The notes: a model not told the origin generated them from the letters alone. DNA of 64,000 nt from Nitrososphaerota archaeon (GCA_028867675.1 JAGWGA010000001.1:11667-75666), one strand, 5' to 3'. Counted from the first letter of the stretch, positions 28,849 to 40,046 are shown. Numbers and translations are program-made.

Positions 28849-29972
28849 TGTGCCACTCCCAAAGTATTTCCAACGCCGATAATCAGAGCACATTGACCAG
28901 TTTTTGTATTGTATTTTACAATATCATAGATTTGAGTTGACACTTTTTCAGATGCATCTGAAATTTCCTTTTTCATTAAAGTGATTGCTTCTTTGATTGA
29001 CTGTTTTATCACGATTGCATATATTGGAATGTTATGTTTAGTCGCAATCTCTTCTATTTGGAATCGTTCAGTTCCAATTCCGCCAATTGCTGCGCCAAAT
29101 CCTTGAGCAATAGATCCAGTATCTTCTCCTTCAAGTTTTAGTGCAGCATCAACCATGACTATAATATCAGGTTTCTTTTCAGCGAGTATTTTCTCAAGTG
29201 CGTCAGCTGGTCTTCCAACTGTTGCTGCAGGACCTTCTGCTTTTAAGAGATAAATTTTCCTGCCTTCAAAGTCTTTTTCACTCCAAACAGTTTCAAGTTC
29301 GATTAGTTTTTTTTCGGTGTTAAGCATCATTTTACCAACAATCATGGGTCCAATCCCATCACCTATTGGCTGACCTTGTTTGAATGCAGATACAGCAATT
29401 TTGAGGGCTTCAGCTTCTTCCATGATAAACGGCAGCATCATTTGTAAAGGTAAGATTAATGGAAAATTATTTTGTTTTTTCGCAGTAAGAAAAAAGTGTC
29501 TTACCATTTTGTACAACAGTTGCAACGTAGTTACAGCTTCCAAGATATTGATTATTTTGCTTGCTTCAATATGATCAATATTTGCAGATAGACTTTTGAC
29601 TTGTTCCCTAGTAGAATCTTCTCGGGTCCTCATCATGTGTCGTATTTTTGGCACAATTCCATTTGGATCCATGTCTGCAGGCATTATAGTAAAGTATTCA
29701 AAATATCTATCAAGTTTTGATGTTGGATCTTCGGATGGTTTTACTGTATTTTTGATATAATTGATTAATTCAGTTCTTGTTTCATCTCTATATAATTTCA
29801 GTTTCTCAAGTCCCTTGTTAATTTCAGACGATGTTACTTGAAGCTGGATCCTCTGACCATACAACATAAAGATAAAGATTGGTACAATCCACACTAACCA
29901 CATTAGCGGGTTAGAATTATCACCAGAACTTAATGCCTTATCCCAGTCAATCCCTAAAAAATTCAATAACAA
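28845..29972 (-). CDS. membrane-anchored protein of unknown function (DUF1512-like, recalled from memory)
   Basis: 375 aa. One N-terminal TM helix (LMWLVWIVPIFIFMLYGQRIQ) and a soluble alpha/beta C-terminal part. Translationally coupled to the zinc-ribbon gene. Confidence 0.5.
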   Translation of the reverse strand: MLLNFLGIDWDKALSSGDNSNPLMWLVWIVPIFIFMLYGQRIQLQVTSSEINKGLEKLKLYRDETRTELINYIKNTVKPSEDPTSKLDRYFEYFTIMPADMDPNGIVPKIRHMMRTREDSTREQVKSLSANIDHIEASKIINILEAVTTLQLLYKMVRHFFLTAKKQNNFPLILPLQMMLPFIMEEAEALKIAVSAFKQGQPIGDGIGPMIVGKMMLNTEKKLIELETVWSEKDFEGRKIYLLKAEGPAATVGRPADALEKILAEKKPDIIVMVDAALKLEGEDTGSIAQGFGAAIGGIGTERFQIEEIATKHNIPIYAIVIKQSIKEAITLMKKEISDASEKVSTQIYDIVKYNTKTGQCALIIGVGNTLGVAQ

Positions 29973-30046
29973 AAAGACATTTTTTTACTAAATTAAATCT
30001 TTCAGAAAATTAAATCGTTTTAAGCATTTGCTACCTAGTTCATCTA

Positions 30047-31495
30047 ATGAAAATAGATGAAATGGGTGAGAAATTATCCAAGAGAGTGAATTGTCAAGTC
30101 TCATGGGACGACTATGCACGTAATTTTTATTCAGTTGATTCAAGCTCCTACACCTTAAAGCCATCAATTGTGGTCTTTCCCAAAAATGAATTAGATATAA
30201 TAAAAATAATAAAATTTGCAAAAAAATATCACATTCCAGCTACTGCGCGAGGTGGAGGCACTGGACTTGTAGGCAGTGCTCTTGGAAGTGGAATCATAAT
30301 AGATATGAAAAATCTAAACAAGATAAGTCTTGGAACAAATCATGTCAAAGTTGATGCAGGGGTTTTCAAAGGACATCTGGATAAAATATTGAAAAAACAA
30401 GGAAAATTCATTGGACCAAATCCGTCCATAGGGCCGTTTTGTACAGTAGGAGGGATGATTGGGACCAATGCAAGTGGCGCTCGTTCTTTGAAATATGGTA
30501 GCATGATTGACAATCTAATCGAAGTCAAACTAGTTAACGCATTTGGCAACATGATAAAACTTCCAAACAGTCAACATGCAAAACAAGTGTTGGATATCAT
30601 TCCTTCCAACATTGAGAAAGTGTTTCCTAAAGTTTCCAAGAATTCGTGCGGATATAGAATTGACAAAATTTATTCAAAAACAGATGTACATAAAATAATT
30701 GCGGGGTCAGAGGGAACTCTGGGTATAATAGTTTCTGCAAAGATTAGAACATACAAGATTCCAAAAAACATCTTGTTATGCATAATATCATACAAGACAT
30801 TGTTAGAAGCAGCAAAGGATGTCTCAAAAATAAATGAATTAAAACCGTCGGCCGTTGAACTTGTAGATAACAACATAGTAAAACACATCAAAATAAAGAT
30901 CCCTTCACAAACTGAATGTATTCTTTTTGTAGAGTTTTATGATAACATAAAACAAAACATAAAACAAATTCGAGATATAACGTCAGGTAGGATAATCAAA
31001 ATAGAAACAAACATAAAAAAAATTACAGAGTTGTGGGGTTTTAGAAATTCTGCTCTTGTATACAGTCTAAAAAGCATAACAAAGAATGAGACTATGCCTA
31101 CACTCATAGAAGATGCTGTGGTTCCAGTAAAGAGACTCCCGTTATTACTAAAGATTTTAGATATAATTTCAAAAAAATATGGACTAAAGATGATAGTTTA
31201 TGGGCATGCTGGAAATGGAAATCTCCACATAAGACCCATTCTTAAGAGAAGAGATAGACATCTCATTAAAAAAATTGCCTCAGAGTTCTTTATAGGCGTA
31301 ATAGGAATTGGTGGAAGCATAACAGGAGAGCATGGTGATGGTCTTGCCAGATCAGAGTTTGTTAAATTGCAATATGGAAAACAAGTCTATTCTGTTTTCA
31401 AAGATATAAAAAATCATTTTGATCCACAGAACATTCTAAATCCTGGAAAGATTATCTCAAATCAAAGTACTGTAACAAAAAACCTAAAGATCTAA
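30047..31495 (+). CDS. FAD-linked oxidase (GlcD / D-lactate dehydrogenase family)
   Basis: 482 aa. FAD_binding_4-type N-terminus (VVFPKNELDIIKIIKFAKKYHIPATARGGGTGLVGSA) and C-terminal HGDGLARS. Confidence 0.85.
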   Translation: MKIDEMGEKLSKRVNCQVSWDDYARNFYSVDSSSYTLKPSIVVFPKNELDIIKIIKFAKKYHIPATARGGGTGLVGSALGSGIIIDMKNLNKISLGTNHVKVDAGVFKGHLDKILKKQGKFIGPNPSIGPFCTVGGMIGTNASGARSLKYGSMIDNLIEVKLVNAFGNMIKLPNSQHAKQVLDIIPSNIEKVFPKVSKNSCGYRIDKIYSKTDVHKIIAGSEGTLGIIVSAKIRTYKIPKNILLCIISYKTLLEAAKDVSKINELKPSAVELVDNNIVKHIKIKIPSQTECILFVEFYDNIKQNIKQIRDITSGRIIKIETNIKKITELWGFRNSALVYSLKSITKNETMPTLIEDAVVPVKRLPLLLKILDIISKKYGLKMIVYGHAGNGNLHIRPILKRRDRHLIKKIASEFFIGVIGIGGSITGEHGDGLARSEFVKLQYGKQVYSVFKDIKNHFDPQNILNPGKIISNQSTVTKNLKI

Positions 31496-31834
31496 CTATT
31501 TTATTCTAGTTCCAAGTGGAACATTTTCAGTAACTGTTAACCAAAATGGCTTATCATTAAGATCAGCTGCTAAAAGCATGGCGCCTGATTCTATTCCTGC
31601 AATTTTCCGCGGCTCTAAATTTACAAGAGATATGACAGTTTTGCCTATCATTTCTTCAGGTTGAAAATATTCAGCTCCTCCAATTATTACATCACGTTTC
31701 TCATCACCAAGATCAATTATTCCTTTAACAATTTTTGATTTTCCAGGAATTTTTTCAACTGAAATTACTTTGGCCACCCTCATATCCAGCTTGGCAAAGT
31801 CGTCATATGTGATCAGTGTCACAGTAAGTGTCAA
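31496..31834 (-). CDS. tRNA-binding domain protein (CsaA/Trbp111/EMAP-II-like OB fold)
   Basis: 112 aa. FAKLDMRVAKVISVEKIPGKSK ... GIESGAMLLAA is typical of the family. TTG start. Confidence 0.8.
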   Translation of the reverse strand: MTLTVTLITYDDFAKLDMRVAKVISVEKIPGKSKIVKGIIDLGDEKRDVIIGGAEYFQPEEMIGKTVISLVNLEPRKIAGIESGAMLLAADLNDKPFWLTVTENVPLGTRIK

Positions 31835-31937
31835 ATTATGAGATTAAAATTGATTTCGAAATCACAATTTTGTCATTATTGTAGAGATGAAATCTATTTA
31901 GTTACAACATAAATATGAAGAATGGAGTTCTTAGATT

Positions 31938-32354
31938 ATGGTTCAGATTATGGCGTCAATTGAGATTGATGCCCCTGTGGATAAGGTTTGGGAGATAGTA
32001 TCAGACCTTGATTCAGAGCCAAAATTTTGGAGAGGAACTAAAGAGGTAAGAAACATCTCAAAGGAGGGAAATACCATAACAAGAGAAGTTACAATAGCAT
32101 TCAAGGATTCTAAATGTATGCAAAAAGTGATGCTATATCCAAAAGAGAAGATTGAAGTCCAATTTACAAAGGGAATTATCGAAGGCAACAAGATCGTCAC
32201 ACTTACACCTCTTGATAACAAGACAAGACTTGATGCCATGTGGGACATGAAATTATCAGGAATGATGGGAATGTTTACTGGCATGATAAAAAAGCACATT
32301 CAAAGCGGGACTGAGCAGGCACTACAGAGTATAAAGCAAGAAGCGCAGAGATAG
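31938..32354 (+). CDS. SRPBCC (START/polyketide-cyclase-like) ligand-binding protein
   Basis: 138 aa. IEIDAPVDKVWEIVSDLDSEPKFW has the N-terminal pattern of the cyclase/dehydrase fold. Confidence 0.6.
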   Translation: MVQIMASIEIDAPVDKVWEIVSDLDSEPKFWRGTKEVRNISKEGNTITREVTIAFKDSKCMQKVMLYPKEKIEVQFTKGIIEGNKIVTLTPLDNKTRLDAMWDMKLSGMMGMFTGMIKKHIQSGTEQALQSIKQEAQR

Positions 32355-32358
32355 TCAG

Positions 32359-33567
32359 ATGTATTTTTTAGCAGATGTAATTAATTATGCTCTATCAGCT
32401 ATTTTGTTAGGAGTTTCATTAGCATGGATATTTTTGATAAAATCCATGTGGATAACTTTTCGTGATTCCCCGTTTTTAGACAAATTTGTTTCCAAGCCAC
32501 ATCACAATCCAAAAGTATCAATTATTTTGCCTGCAAGAAATGAAGAGTTGTTTATTGAAAAATGTATCAACTCACTTTTAGATCAGGATTATGAAAATTA
32601 CGAAATAATTGCAATTGATGATAGATCAGATGACAATACTGGAGAAATAATTAAAAAAATTGCCAAGAAGAATTCCAAAGTAGTGCATGTTTTAGCAGAA
32701 CCAAAACCAGAAAGATGGACTGGAAAAAACTGGGCATGTATGGAAGGTTTTAGAAAATCATCTGGAGAGTTATTACTATTTACAGATGCAGATACATTTC
32801 ATACAAAAAAAATAATTTCACTTGCAGTGGATCATCTCTTGAGTGAAGAACTAGATGCACTCACAGTAATTCCAAAGATGCTCTGCCTTGATTGGTGGAC
32901 AAAGATTACATTGCCAGTATTATCTACTTTTCTTCATACAAGATTTTCCGCTCTCAGAGTAAATGATCCATCTAAAAAAACAGGATATTTCTTTGGGAGT
33001 TTTTTCATAATAAAAAGAAAAACGTATGAATCTACAGGAACCCATGAGGGAGTAAAAAGTGATATTGTTGAAGACGGAGCATTAGGCAAAAAAGTAAAGG
33101 AACAAGGGTTTAAGCTAAAGATGGTACGTGGAGAACACCTAGTTGAGGCAGTATGGGCAAGAGATTGGCCTACTTTGTGGCATGCCCTCAAGAGATTAAT
33201 GATTCCACTTTACATCCAGTCAAACAAAGTAGCTGTAGGCATTTTCTTTGCAGTCCTTTTCTTGTTGTTTATGCCATTTCCAATTCTTGCCTATTCCACA
33301 CTTTTTGTAAATCTATCAGAATCCTTTGTGATTTTGTGCGGAATTTCATCACTTGCCGCAGGATTATTTTATCTTGGAAGCATTATAGATGCAACAAAGG
33401 GGCTCTCGCTGGGATTACGATATGCAATATTCGCCCCAATTGGTAGTGCAATTATAGTATCAGGATTTGCAACTGGAATACTACATGCAAAAAGAAGTAA
33501 TTCTCTTACATGGAGAGGTAGGACTTATTCCATATCAGAAACTGCCCAGCACTCCATTACATTGTGA
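32359..33567 (+). CDS. membrane-bound family-2 glycosyltransferase
   Basis: 402 aa. VSIILPARNEE, IIAIDDRSDDNT and TDADT motifs, flanked by TM helices. No QxxRW motif seen. Confidence 0.8.
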   Translation: MYFLADVINYALSAILLGVSLAWIFLIKSMWITFRDSPFLDKFVSKPHHNPKVSIILPARNEELFIEKCINSLLDQDYENYEIIAIDDRSDDNTGEIIKKIAKKNSKVVHVLAEPKPERWTGKNWACMEGFRKSSGELLLFTDADTFHTKKIISLAVDHLLSEELDALTVIPKMLCLDWWTKITLPVLSTFLHTRFSALRVNDPSKKTGYFFGSFFIIKRKTYESTGTHEGVKSDIVEDGALGKKVKEQGFKLKMVRGEHLVEAVWARDWPTLWHALKRLMIPLYIQSNKVAVGIFFAVLFLLFMPFPILAYSTLFVNLSESFVILCGISSLAAGLFYLGSIIDATKGLSLGLRYAIFAPIGSAIIVSGFATGILHAKRSNSLTWRGRTYSISETAQHSITL

Positions 33568-33605
33568 GTAAGGAATATACAGCAAGATTGAATTCTTTTT
33601 AATTC

Positions 33606-34736
33606 TTGGACAAGACAACAGCAATTCTAGGTGGAACATATGGAGTAATTGTATTAATTTTAGTATTTGTGTTTGTGTTTGAGCAACCAAAAACAGATTC
33701 CTTGCAAGAAACAACTACGCCTCTAGAAAATATTGTTCAATCAAATTCAGGATCACATTTAAGCTTGGCAGATCTTTTTTCAAAATCTCAAGATGGTGTT
33801 GTACAAATCATAGTTCGCAAATCAACAGACAATTCCACCGACAGAGCCATTGGTTCAGGTATTGTTTATGATTCTTCAGGACACATAATTACAAGTAACC
33901 ATGTTGTTGACCAGTATCAAGGTATCAGAGTGGTATTTCATGACGGAGAATCATATCCAGCCAAGGTCTCTGGTACAGACCCATTTGCAGATCTTGCAGT
34001 TATCCAAGTAGATGCAGACCCACCAACATTTCACACATTACCATTAGGAGATTCTTCAAAACTTCGAATAGGGGATGAAGTCATAGCAATTGGTAGTCCT
34101 TTTGGTTTGAGCGGATCTCTTACATCTGGAATAGTAAGTCAGTTAGGTAGAATACTAAATCCTCCAGGTATTGGCTCATTTTCCATTCCTAATGTAATTC
34201 AAACAGACGCTGCAATAAATCCAGGAAATTCTGGTGGTCCGCTTTTAAATGATCGTGGCGAGGTAGTAGGAATTAATACCGCAATTCAAACACAGACTGG
34301 AGAATTTTCAGGAGTAGGTTTTGCAATTCCCTCTAATACCATGAAGAGAATTGTGCCATATCTAATACAAGATGGACATTACAAACATCCATGGTTAGGC
34401 GTCTCAGGAATAACAATCGACCCAGACTTGGCAGATAACCTAGGGCTTTCAAGACAAGATGGTTTTCTTATTGAAAATATAGTACCAGACAGCCCAGCTT
34501 TCAAAGCAGGTTTGCATGCATCAAATCAGACTAAAACAGTAGATGGTGTCAAATACAAATTTGGAGGAGACATAATAATTGGAGTAGACAACATACCAGT
34601 TAAGAAACTAGAAGACTTGCTAAATTATTTACAAGATAACAAATCGGCAGGAGACGACATGATAGTAAAAATAGTTAGAAATGACAAACAGATGCAAGTT
34701 ACTCTGCTCCTACAGGAAAGACCTTCCAACCCATAG
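33606..34736 (+). CDS. htrA: HtrA/DegP-type serine protease with PDZ domain
   Basis: Catalytic triad contexts ITSNHVV, DLAVIQV and GNSGGPLLN. C-terminal PDZ-like segment. N-terminal TM anchor. Confidence 0.85.
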   Translation: MDKTTAILGGTYGVIVLILVFVFVFEQPKTDSLQETTTPLENIVQSNSGSHLSLADLFSKSQDGVVQIIVRKSTDNSTDRAIGSGIVYDSSGHIITSNHVVDQYQGIRVVFHDGESYPAKVSGTDPFADLAVIQVDADPPTFHTLPLGDSSKLRIGDEVIAIGSPFGLSGSLTSGIVSQLGRILNPPGIGSFSIPNVIQTDAAINPGNSGGPLLNDRGEVVGINTAIQTQTGEFSGVGFAIPSNTMKRIVPYLIQDGHYKHPWLGVSGITIDPDLADNLGLSRQDGFLIENIVPDSPAFKAGLHASNQTKTVDGVKYKFGGDIIIGVDNIPVKKLEDLLNYLQDNKSAGDDMIVKIVRNDKQMQVTLLLQERPSNP

Positions 34737-34778
34737 CAGCACAAGCATAAATACAGCTGTCAAAGCTATTATGGCTAG

Positions 34779-35948
34779 TTGAGCGAGCTCATCCTTAGAT
34801 CTGAGTTGTTAAACAGTTTAGTTGATGGTAATATTCCATCAAAAGATCAAGCTTATCAGGTTTATCAAGATGCGGAAAAAGAACCTTTGGAACTTTACAA
34901 AGTGTCCCAATTTTTAAGAAGTAAATCAAAGGGCGTTACTGTGACATATTCAAGAAAAATCTTCATCAATTTGATAAACCTCTGTCGAGATACATGTTCT
35001 TATTGTACTTACAAATCTGAACCAGGCCAGACAAAAATATCAATGCTATCAAAAAAAGATATTTCTAAACTTATAGAGGTTGGAAAAAAATACAATTGCA
35101 CCGAGGCCTTGTTTGTTACAGGTGAGCGACCTGAACAAAAATATCAAGAAGCGAGAGAATGGCTTGGAGAAAATGGATTTTCAAGCACTGCAGAATATCT
35201 CTCACATGCATCGGAGATGGCACTAAAAGGAGGACTGTTCCCACATACAAATGCAGGAAATCTTACAAAAGATGAGATGAGAGAATTAAAAAAGACAAAT
35301 GTAAGTATGGGACTGATGCTTGAGAACGCAAGTGAAAGACTAGTAGAAAGAGGAATGGCGCATCAATTCGCTCCAAGCAAAAATCCTAGGGCAAGAATAA
35401 AGACACTTGAAAATGCAGGAGAATTGAAAATACCAATGACTACAGGATTACTTGTTGGAATTGGAGAGAGTCCTTTCGAATTAATTGATTCAATTTATGC
35501 AATTAAAGAAATTCACGACAAATACCAAAATATCCAAGAAGTAATTTTACAAAACTTTCATCCAAAACAAGATACACCGATGAAAGACAATCCTTCTCCA
35601 CAGGAAAAATATTTCAAGACGTTAGTTGCATTGACTAGAATAATTTTACCCGACATGAATATCCAAATACCTCCAAACTTATCTCCCAAATCATATTCAT
35701 CATTTCTAACAGCTGGAATCAATGACTGGGGAGGAATATCACCAATAACTCACGATTATGTAAATCCAGAATTTCCATGGCCTCAGATTGAAGATGTCAA
35801 GAAGAATTGTTTTGATGCAGGATTTAATCTACAAGCAAGATTTCCAGTGTATCCAGAGTTTTTCTCACATGTTAATTCTGATTTGAGAGAAAAAATGTTA
35901 GAAATTGCAGATTCTGAAAATCTTGTCAGTGAGGAGTATATCAGATGA
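34779..35948 (+). CDS. cofG: FO synthase subunit 1 (7,8-didemethyl-8-hydroxy-5-deazariboflavin synthase, radical SAM)
   Basis: CRDTCSYCTY radical-SAM cluster (CxxxCxxC). Length and overlap with cofH fit. TTG start in the track. Confidence 0.85.
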   Translation: MSELILRSELLNSLVDGNIPSKDQAYQVYQDAEKEPLELYKVSQFLRSKSKGVTVTYSRKIFINLINLCRDTCSYCTYKSEPGQTKISMLSKKDISKLIEVGKKYNCTEALFVTGERPEQKYQEAREWLGENGFSSTAEYLSHASEMALKGGLFPHTNAGNLTKDEMRELKKTNVSMGLMLENASERLVERGMAHQFAPSKNPRARIKTLENAGELKIPMTTGLLVGIGESPFELIDSIYAIKEIHDKYQNIQEVILQNFHPKQDTPMKDNPSPQEKYFKTLVALTRIILPDMNIQIPPNLSPKSYSSFLTAGINDWGGISPITHDYVNPEFPWPQIEDVKKNCFDAGFNLQARFPVYPEFFSHVNSDLREKMLEIADSENLVSEEYIR

Positions 35949-37210
35949 ACGTACAATCATCTTCATTTGATTCTCTTGTAAGAGAATCCGACCCGTTAAT
36001 TTCAGAGACTCTGAATCGAGCGTTGGATGAAAAAGAAATTTCAATCAAAGAGGCAACAAGATTGTTTTATGCAAAAGGACTTGACTTTCATCTAATAGGA
36101 ATAGTTGCAGACGAACTTAGAAAAAGAAGAGTTGGAGATACAGTAACATATGTTGTAAATCGCAACATCAACTTTACAAATGTCTGCATAAAACAATGCG
36201 GTTTTTGTGCATTTAGTAGAGATTTTCGTGAAGAGGAAGGATATTTTTTACCTACAGATGAGATAGTGCGCCGAGCCAAAGAAGCACGTACTCTAGGGGC
36301 AACGGAGGTTTGCGTCCAAGCTGGATTACCTCCAGACATGGATGGAAATACGTATGAGGATATTTGCAAAGCCATCAAATCAGAAGTTGGTGACATTCAC
36401 ATTCATGGGTTTTCGCCAGAAGAAGTCCTGTATGGTTCTACAAGGTCAAATTTATCCATAAAAGAATATTTGACAAGATTAAAGGATGCAGGGGTAAATT
36501 CCCTGCCGGGAACTGCCGCTGAGATTTTAGATCAGCCAATGCGAGATAAAATCTCTCCAGGAAGAATTAGTGTTAGTAAATGGATTGAAGTTATCAAAAC
36601 TGCACACAAGTTGGGAATTCCATCTACATCAACTATCATGTTCGGACATTTAGAATCACCAGAGGATAGAACAAAACACATTGCGTTAATTCGAGACATA
36701 CAAAAAGAGACAAAAGGTTTTACAGAGTTTGTTCCATTAAATTTCATCCATACAGAAGCACCCATGTACAAAGAGAATCTACATTCAGGTATCAGAAATG
36801 GTGCCGATGGAAAAGATGTCTTGTTAATGCATGCAATATCGCGTATAATGTTAAACAACCAAATTAACAATATCCAGACATCATGGGTAAAAGAGGGTGC
36901 AGGCATGGCGCAGTTATCGCTTTGTTGGGGAGCAAATGACTTTGGTGGAACTCTGATCAATGAAAGTATCTCTACAGCCGCTGGTTCAGGATTTGGTCAA
37001 TTATTAAAACCAAAAGAAATCAGACAAATCATAAGACAGGTTGGAAGAATTCCTGCCCAGAGAACAACATCTTATAAAATAATCAAGACTTTTGCCTCAG
37101 AGGAGGGAACGGATCCATTAGATGAGGTTTCGAACATATCGCAATTTGGATCTTATCAAGAATTGATAAAATTAGATGGATATAGGTACAAAAACAATAG
37201 GCGAAATTAG
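35945..37210 (+). CDS. cofH: FO synthase subunit 2 (radical SAM)
   Basis: CIKQCGFCAF cluster. 4-nt overlap with cofG. Confidence 0.85.
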   Translation: MNVQSSSFDSLVRESDPLISETLNRALDEKEISIKEATRLFYAKGLDFHLIGIVADELRKRRVGDTVTYVVNRNINFTNVCIKQCGFCAFSRDFREEEGYFLPTDEIVRRAKEARTLGATEVCVQAGLPPDMDGNTYEDICKAIKSEVGDIHIHGFSPEEVLYGSTRSNLSIKEYLTRLKDAGVNSLPGTAAEILDQPMRDKISPGRISVSKWIEVIKTAHKLGIPSTSTIMFGHLESPEDRTKHIALIRDIQKETKGFTEFVPLNFIHTEAPMYKENLHSGIRNGADGKDVLLMHAISRIMLNNQINNIQTSWVKEGAGMAQLSLCWGANDFGGTLINESISTAAGSGFGQLLKPKEIRQIIRQVGRIPAQRTTSYKIIKTFASEEGTDPLDEVSNISQFGSYQELIKLDGYRYKNNRRN

Positions 37211-38567
37211 TTTGTCATATTGTGATGACATACTCAAAAGATCAGAGGCGCTCCATTTGGATGAATGTGAAGTCATTTCCATTCAGAAAAAAATTACAAC
37301 TGTAAGAATTACAGATTCAGAAATTGCAGAGATAAAGCAAAATCAAGAAGATTCTGTTGCAGTACGTATAATTCATGGGAGAAAAATCATGTCAGGCAGA
37401 ACCTCTTCAAACAGAGAGGAAAATTTACTTGAAAAGATTTTAGAGATTAAATCATTTGTTCAACCAAAGGATTTTTGGAAGTCATTTCCATTTCCCTCAA
37501 AGTTTGCATCAATTGACAAGACATACGATTCTAAACTTGCAAGCATATCAGGTACTGGAGCAATAGATATTGCAAACGAGATGATAAATTCTGCAACACA
37601 TAATTCCATAATAAGAATTTCAGGCTCACTCAATATAGTTTCAGAACAATTTCACATCATGAATACAAACGGTATTGATTATACGGATGACTCTACGTTT
37701 ATTTCAGGAACAATAAATGCAGATTCCGAAGTATCAAACTTGCCTGTCAGTGGCATTGGCGCAATCTCTTCAAGAACGATTGGAAGCTTTTCAGCAACAG
37801 ATGTTGGAAATGATGCATTAGATATGTGTGTAAATTCCATCAATCCAAAGAAAGTCGAGCAAGACTCGTATGAGATAATTTTTGAGCCTTATGCATTTGG
37901 AGAGTTGTTGGCATTTGTTTTTTCTGCAAACTTTAATTTGAAAACTTATTCTGAGAAGCGAAGTTGTTTTTCAGATAAATTAGGAAAAGACATTGCAAAT
38001 GAGAAGTTCAATCTCATAGACGACCCCCATAGTCCTGAAGGCATAGGTAGTAAACCATTTGATGATGAGGGAACTCTAACCTCTCCCCAATTTCTGATTA
38101 AATCAGGAATATTGACAAGCTTGTTTTCTGATTCTTTTGAGGCATTCAAGAGAGAAACTAGTTCTAGTGGAAATGCAGCAAGACCTGGTTCACCAATGGG
38201 AAGATCTGCACAGCCTCTCCCATTTCCTCTTCCGCACAACTTGAAAGTTGTAAATGGCAATACTAGAAAAAGCGAGATAATCCAAGAAACAAAGAAAGGG
38301 TTGTTGATTGGTAGATTATGGTATACATATCCAGTAAATCCTGAACAGGGGGATTTTTCCTGTACTGCAAGAAGCGGAATTAGAATTATAGAAAACGGCA
38401 AAATAATCAGCCCTGGTAGATCAGTTAGGATAGTTCACAATCTCAAAACACTACTTGAAAACATATCTGCAATTGGAAATGATTCAAAAAATATTCTCCA
38501 GTGGAGTTCTTTACCATCTATAACACCCACCATCAAAGTGGATAAAGTAAATGTCTCTCCACTCTAA
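37176..38567 (+). CDS. TldD/PmbA-family metalloprotease
   Basis: 463 aa with family-typical C-terminal GDFS motif region (EQGDFSCTARSG). The track start overlaps cofH by 35 nt. TTG at 37212 is an alternative start. Confidence 0.7.
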   Translation: MDIGTKTIGEISLSYCDDILKRSEALHLDECEVISIQKKITTVRITDSEIAEIKQNQEDSVAVRIIHGRKIMSGRTSSNREENLLEKILEIKSFVQPKDFWKSFPFPSKFASIDKTYDSKLASISGTGAIDIANEMINSATHNSIIRISGSLNIVSEQFHIMNTNGIDYTDDSTFISGTINADSEVSNLPVSGIGAISSRTIGSFSATDVGNDALDMCVNSINPKKVEQDSYEIIFEPYAFGELLAFVFSANFNLKTYSEKRSCFSDKLGKDIANEKFNLIDDPHSPEGIGSKPFDDEGTLTSPQFLIKSGILTSLFSDSFEAFKRETSSSGNAARPGSPMGRSAQPLPFPLPHNLKVVNGNTRKSEIIQETKKGLLIGRLWYTYPVNPEQGDFSCTARSGIRIIENGKIISPGRSVRIVHNLKTLLENISAIGNDSKNILQWSSLPSITPTIKVDKVNVSPL

Positions 38568-39571
38568 AGTGATGACATAACAAATTGCATTCCAATTCCT
38601 ATAGCATACAAAACAAGTAGCAGTATTCCAGATTTTATGCCCATTTTGTTCTTAAACATTGGAATTAGTGCAACAATAGTAATCACCGTGACAAGTATCA
38701 TTTGATTTTCTAACATTGCAGTGTTTGGTATTTTTGTAGAAAATCCCTTGTAACTCATTGCTGCAAATATGGCTACGGCAAGCAATAATGTATTATTGAG
38801 TATTTTTGAACCAAGTACATTTGCAATTGCAATAGATGCTCCCGCTGCACCTTTTCTTGCAAGCATTATCATGGATATTTTTTCAGGCATTTCACCTGCA
38901 AGAGGACTAACTATGACAGCAAGCACGACTACAGAGACGCCAGTATCTACTGAGACACCTTGAAGCACCTGTACAAATGGTGCAGCCCCAAGAAATATCC
39001 CACCTGTTCCTATAACAAACAGAATCATTGCTCTTGTAAAGTGCTTTTTTGATTTTATTTGTGACTGATCTTCATGAAGATTTGCTTGAAATGGAATTTT
39101 CGTCTTTTCTTTTTTCATATCTCTAAAAGCAAATCCCAGATAGACTGTAAACAATCCTGCAAAGACCATGCCATCAAATACATCAAAACCATTTAGAAAC
39201 ATGACTGCCCCAGCAACAGCAGTGATTATTAGAAAAATTTTATCCAATCCAAATTCTTTAACATCGATGAATTTTTGAGATGCCTTTGATAATCGTGTTG
39301 TCGCGATAATTATCATAATGGCCAATCCAAAAGTCATCATGAATAAATTACTTCCAAGTGCAGAACCTATTGCAGTACCATATGATCCAGTCTTTGCGGC
39401 AGCAACAACTATAGCTATTTCAGGAAGTGTTGTTGCAACACTAAGTAATGTCCTACCAACAAATCTTCCTCCCCATCTTTCTGAAAGATGTTCAGCTCCC
39501 TCAGATAACAACCAACTAGAAAAGATCAATTCCCCTAGCCATCCAAGTAACAGAAACACATTAGATGTCAA
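38564..39571 (-). CDS. Ca2+/cation antiporter (CaCA, YrbG-like Na+/Ca2+ exchanger)
   Basis: 335 aa, about 10 TM helices. Two alpha-repeats (ATTLPEIAIVVAA..GSALGSNLF and PLAGEMPEKISMIMLA..ANVLGSKILN). Confidence 0.8.
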   Translation of the reverse strand: MTSNVFLLLGWLGELIFSSWLLSEGAEHLSERWGGRFVGRTLLSVATTLPEIAIVVAAAKTGSYGTAIGSALGSNLFMMTFGLAIMIIIATTRLSKASQKFIDVKEFGLDKIFLIITAVAGAVMFLNGFDVFDGMVFAGLFTVYLGFAFRDMKKEKTKIPFQANLHEDQSQIKSKKHFTRAMILFVIGTGGIFLGAAPFVQVLQGVSVDTGVSVVVLAVIVSPLAGEMPEKISMIMLARKGAAGASIAIANVLGSKILNNTLLLAVAIFAAMSYKGFSTKIPNTAMLENQMILVTVITIVALIPMFKNKMGIKSGILLLVLYAIGIGMQFVMSSL

Positions 39572-39688
39572 TTACCCATTCTTCAAACTCTTATGCTATT
39601 ATTTGTGGCGATGGGATAATTTTTAGAAGACATATGTATGAATCGAATTTGTACAGAATATCAATAAAATTAGTTCTAATTTTGAAGT

Positions 39689-39925
39689 TTATTGATCTTT
39701 AACTATTATCATGGTAAGCGTTGATTTTATTCCATATAGTTTTCTCACATGATCTGTTATAGTCTCTCTTAGTTTCTCCATTGAATCAGATTCTATTATC
39801 ATCAATACATCGTAAACACCATAAACTGGATAAGCCTCCTTCACATTCGGAATTTTTTTTATTTCATTCACAATTGAAAGTTCTTTTCCAAGTTCAGCAT
39901 TCATCAAAACAAAGGCACTGTGCAT
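39689..39925 (-). CDS. stand-alone Lrp/AsnC-type ligand-binding (RAM) domain protein
   Basis: 78 aa, babbab-type pattern AFVLMNAE...EAYPVYGVYDVLMIIESDSMEKL. Paralogue of 45816..46046. Confidence 0.6.
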   Translation of the reverse strand: MHSAFVLMNAELGKELSIVNEIKKIPNVKEAYPVYGVYDVLMIIESDSMEKLRETITDHVRKLYGIKSTLTMIIVKDQ

Positions 39926-40046
39926 GTAAAAAGTGAGTATGTCTAGAATAAAAACAGATTGAATTTGTTCAAAAAAGCTATTGTTAAGCTTAAAAAATTC
40001 ACCCAGCTAGAATTAATAAGGTATAGTACGGTACCAATACCGTAAC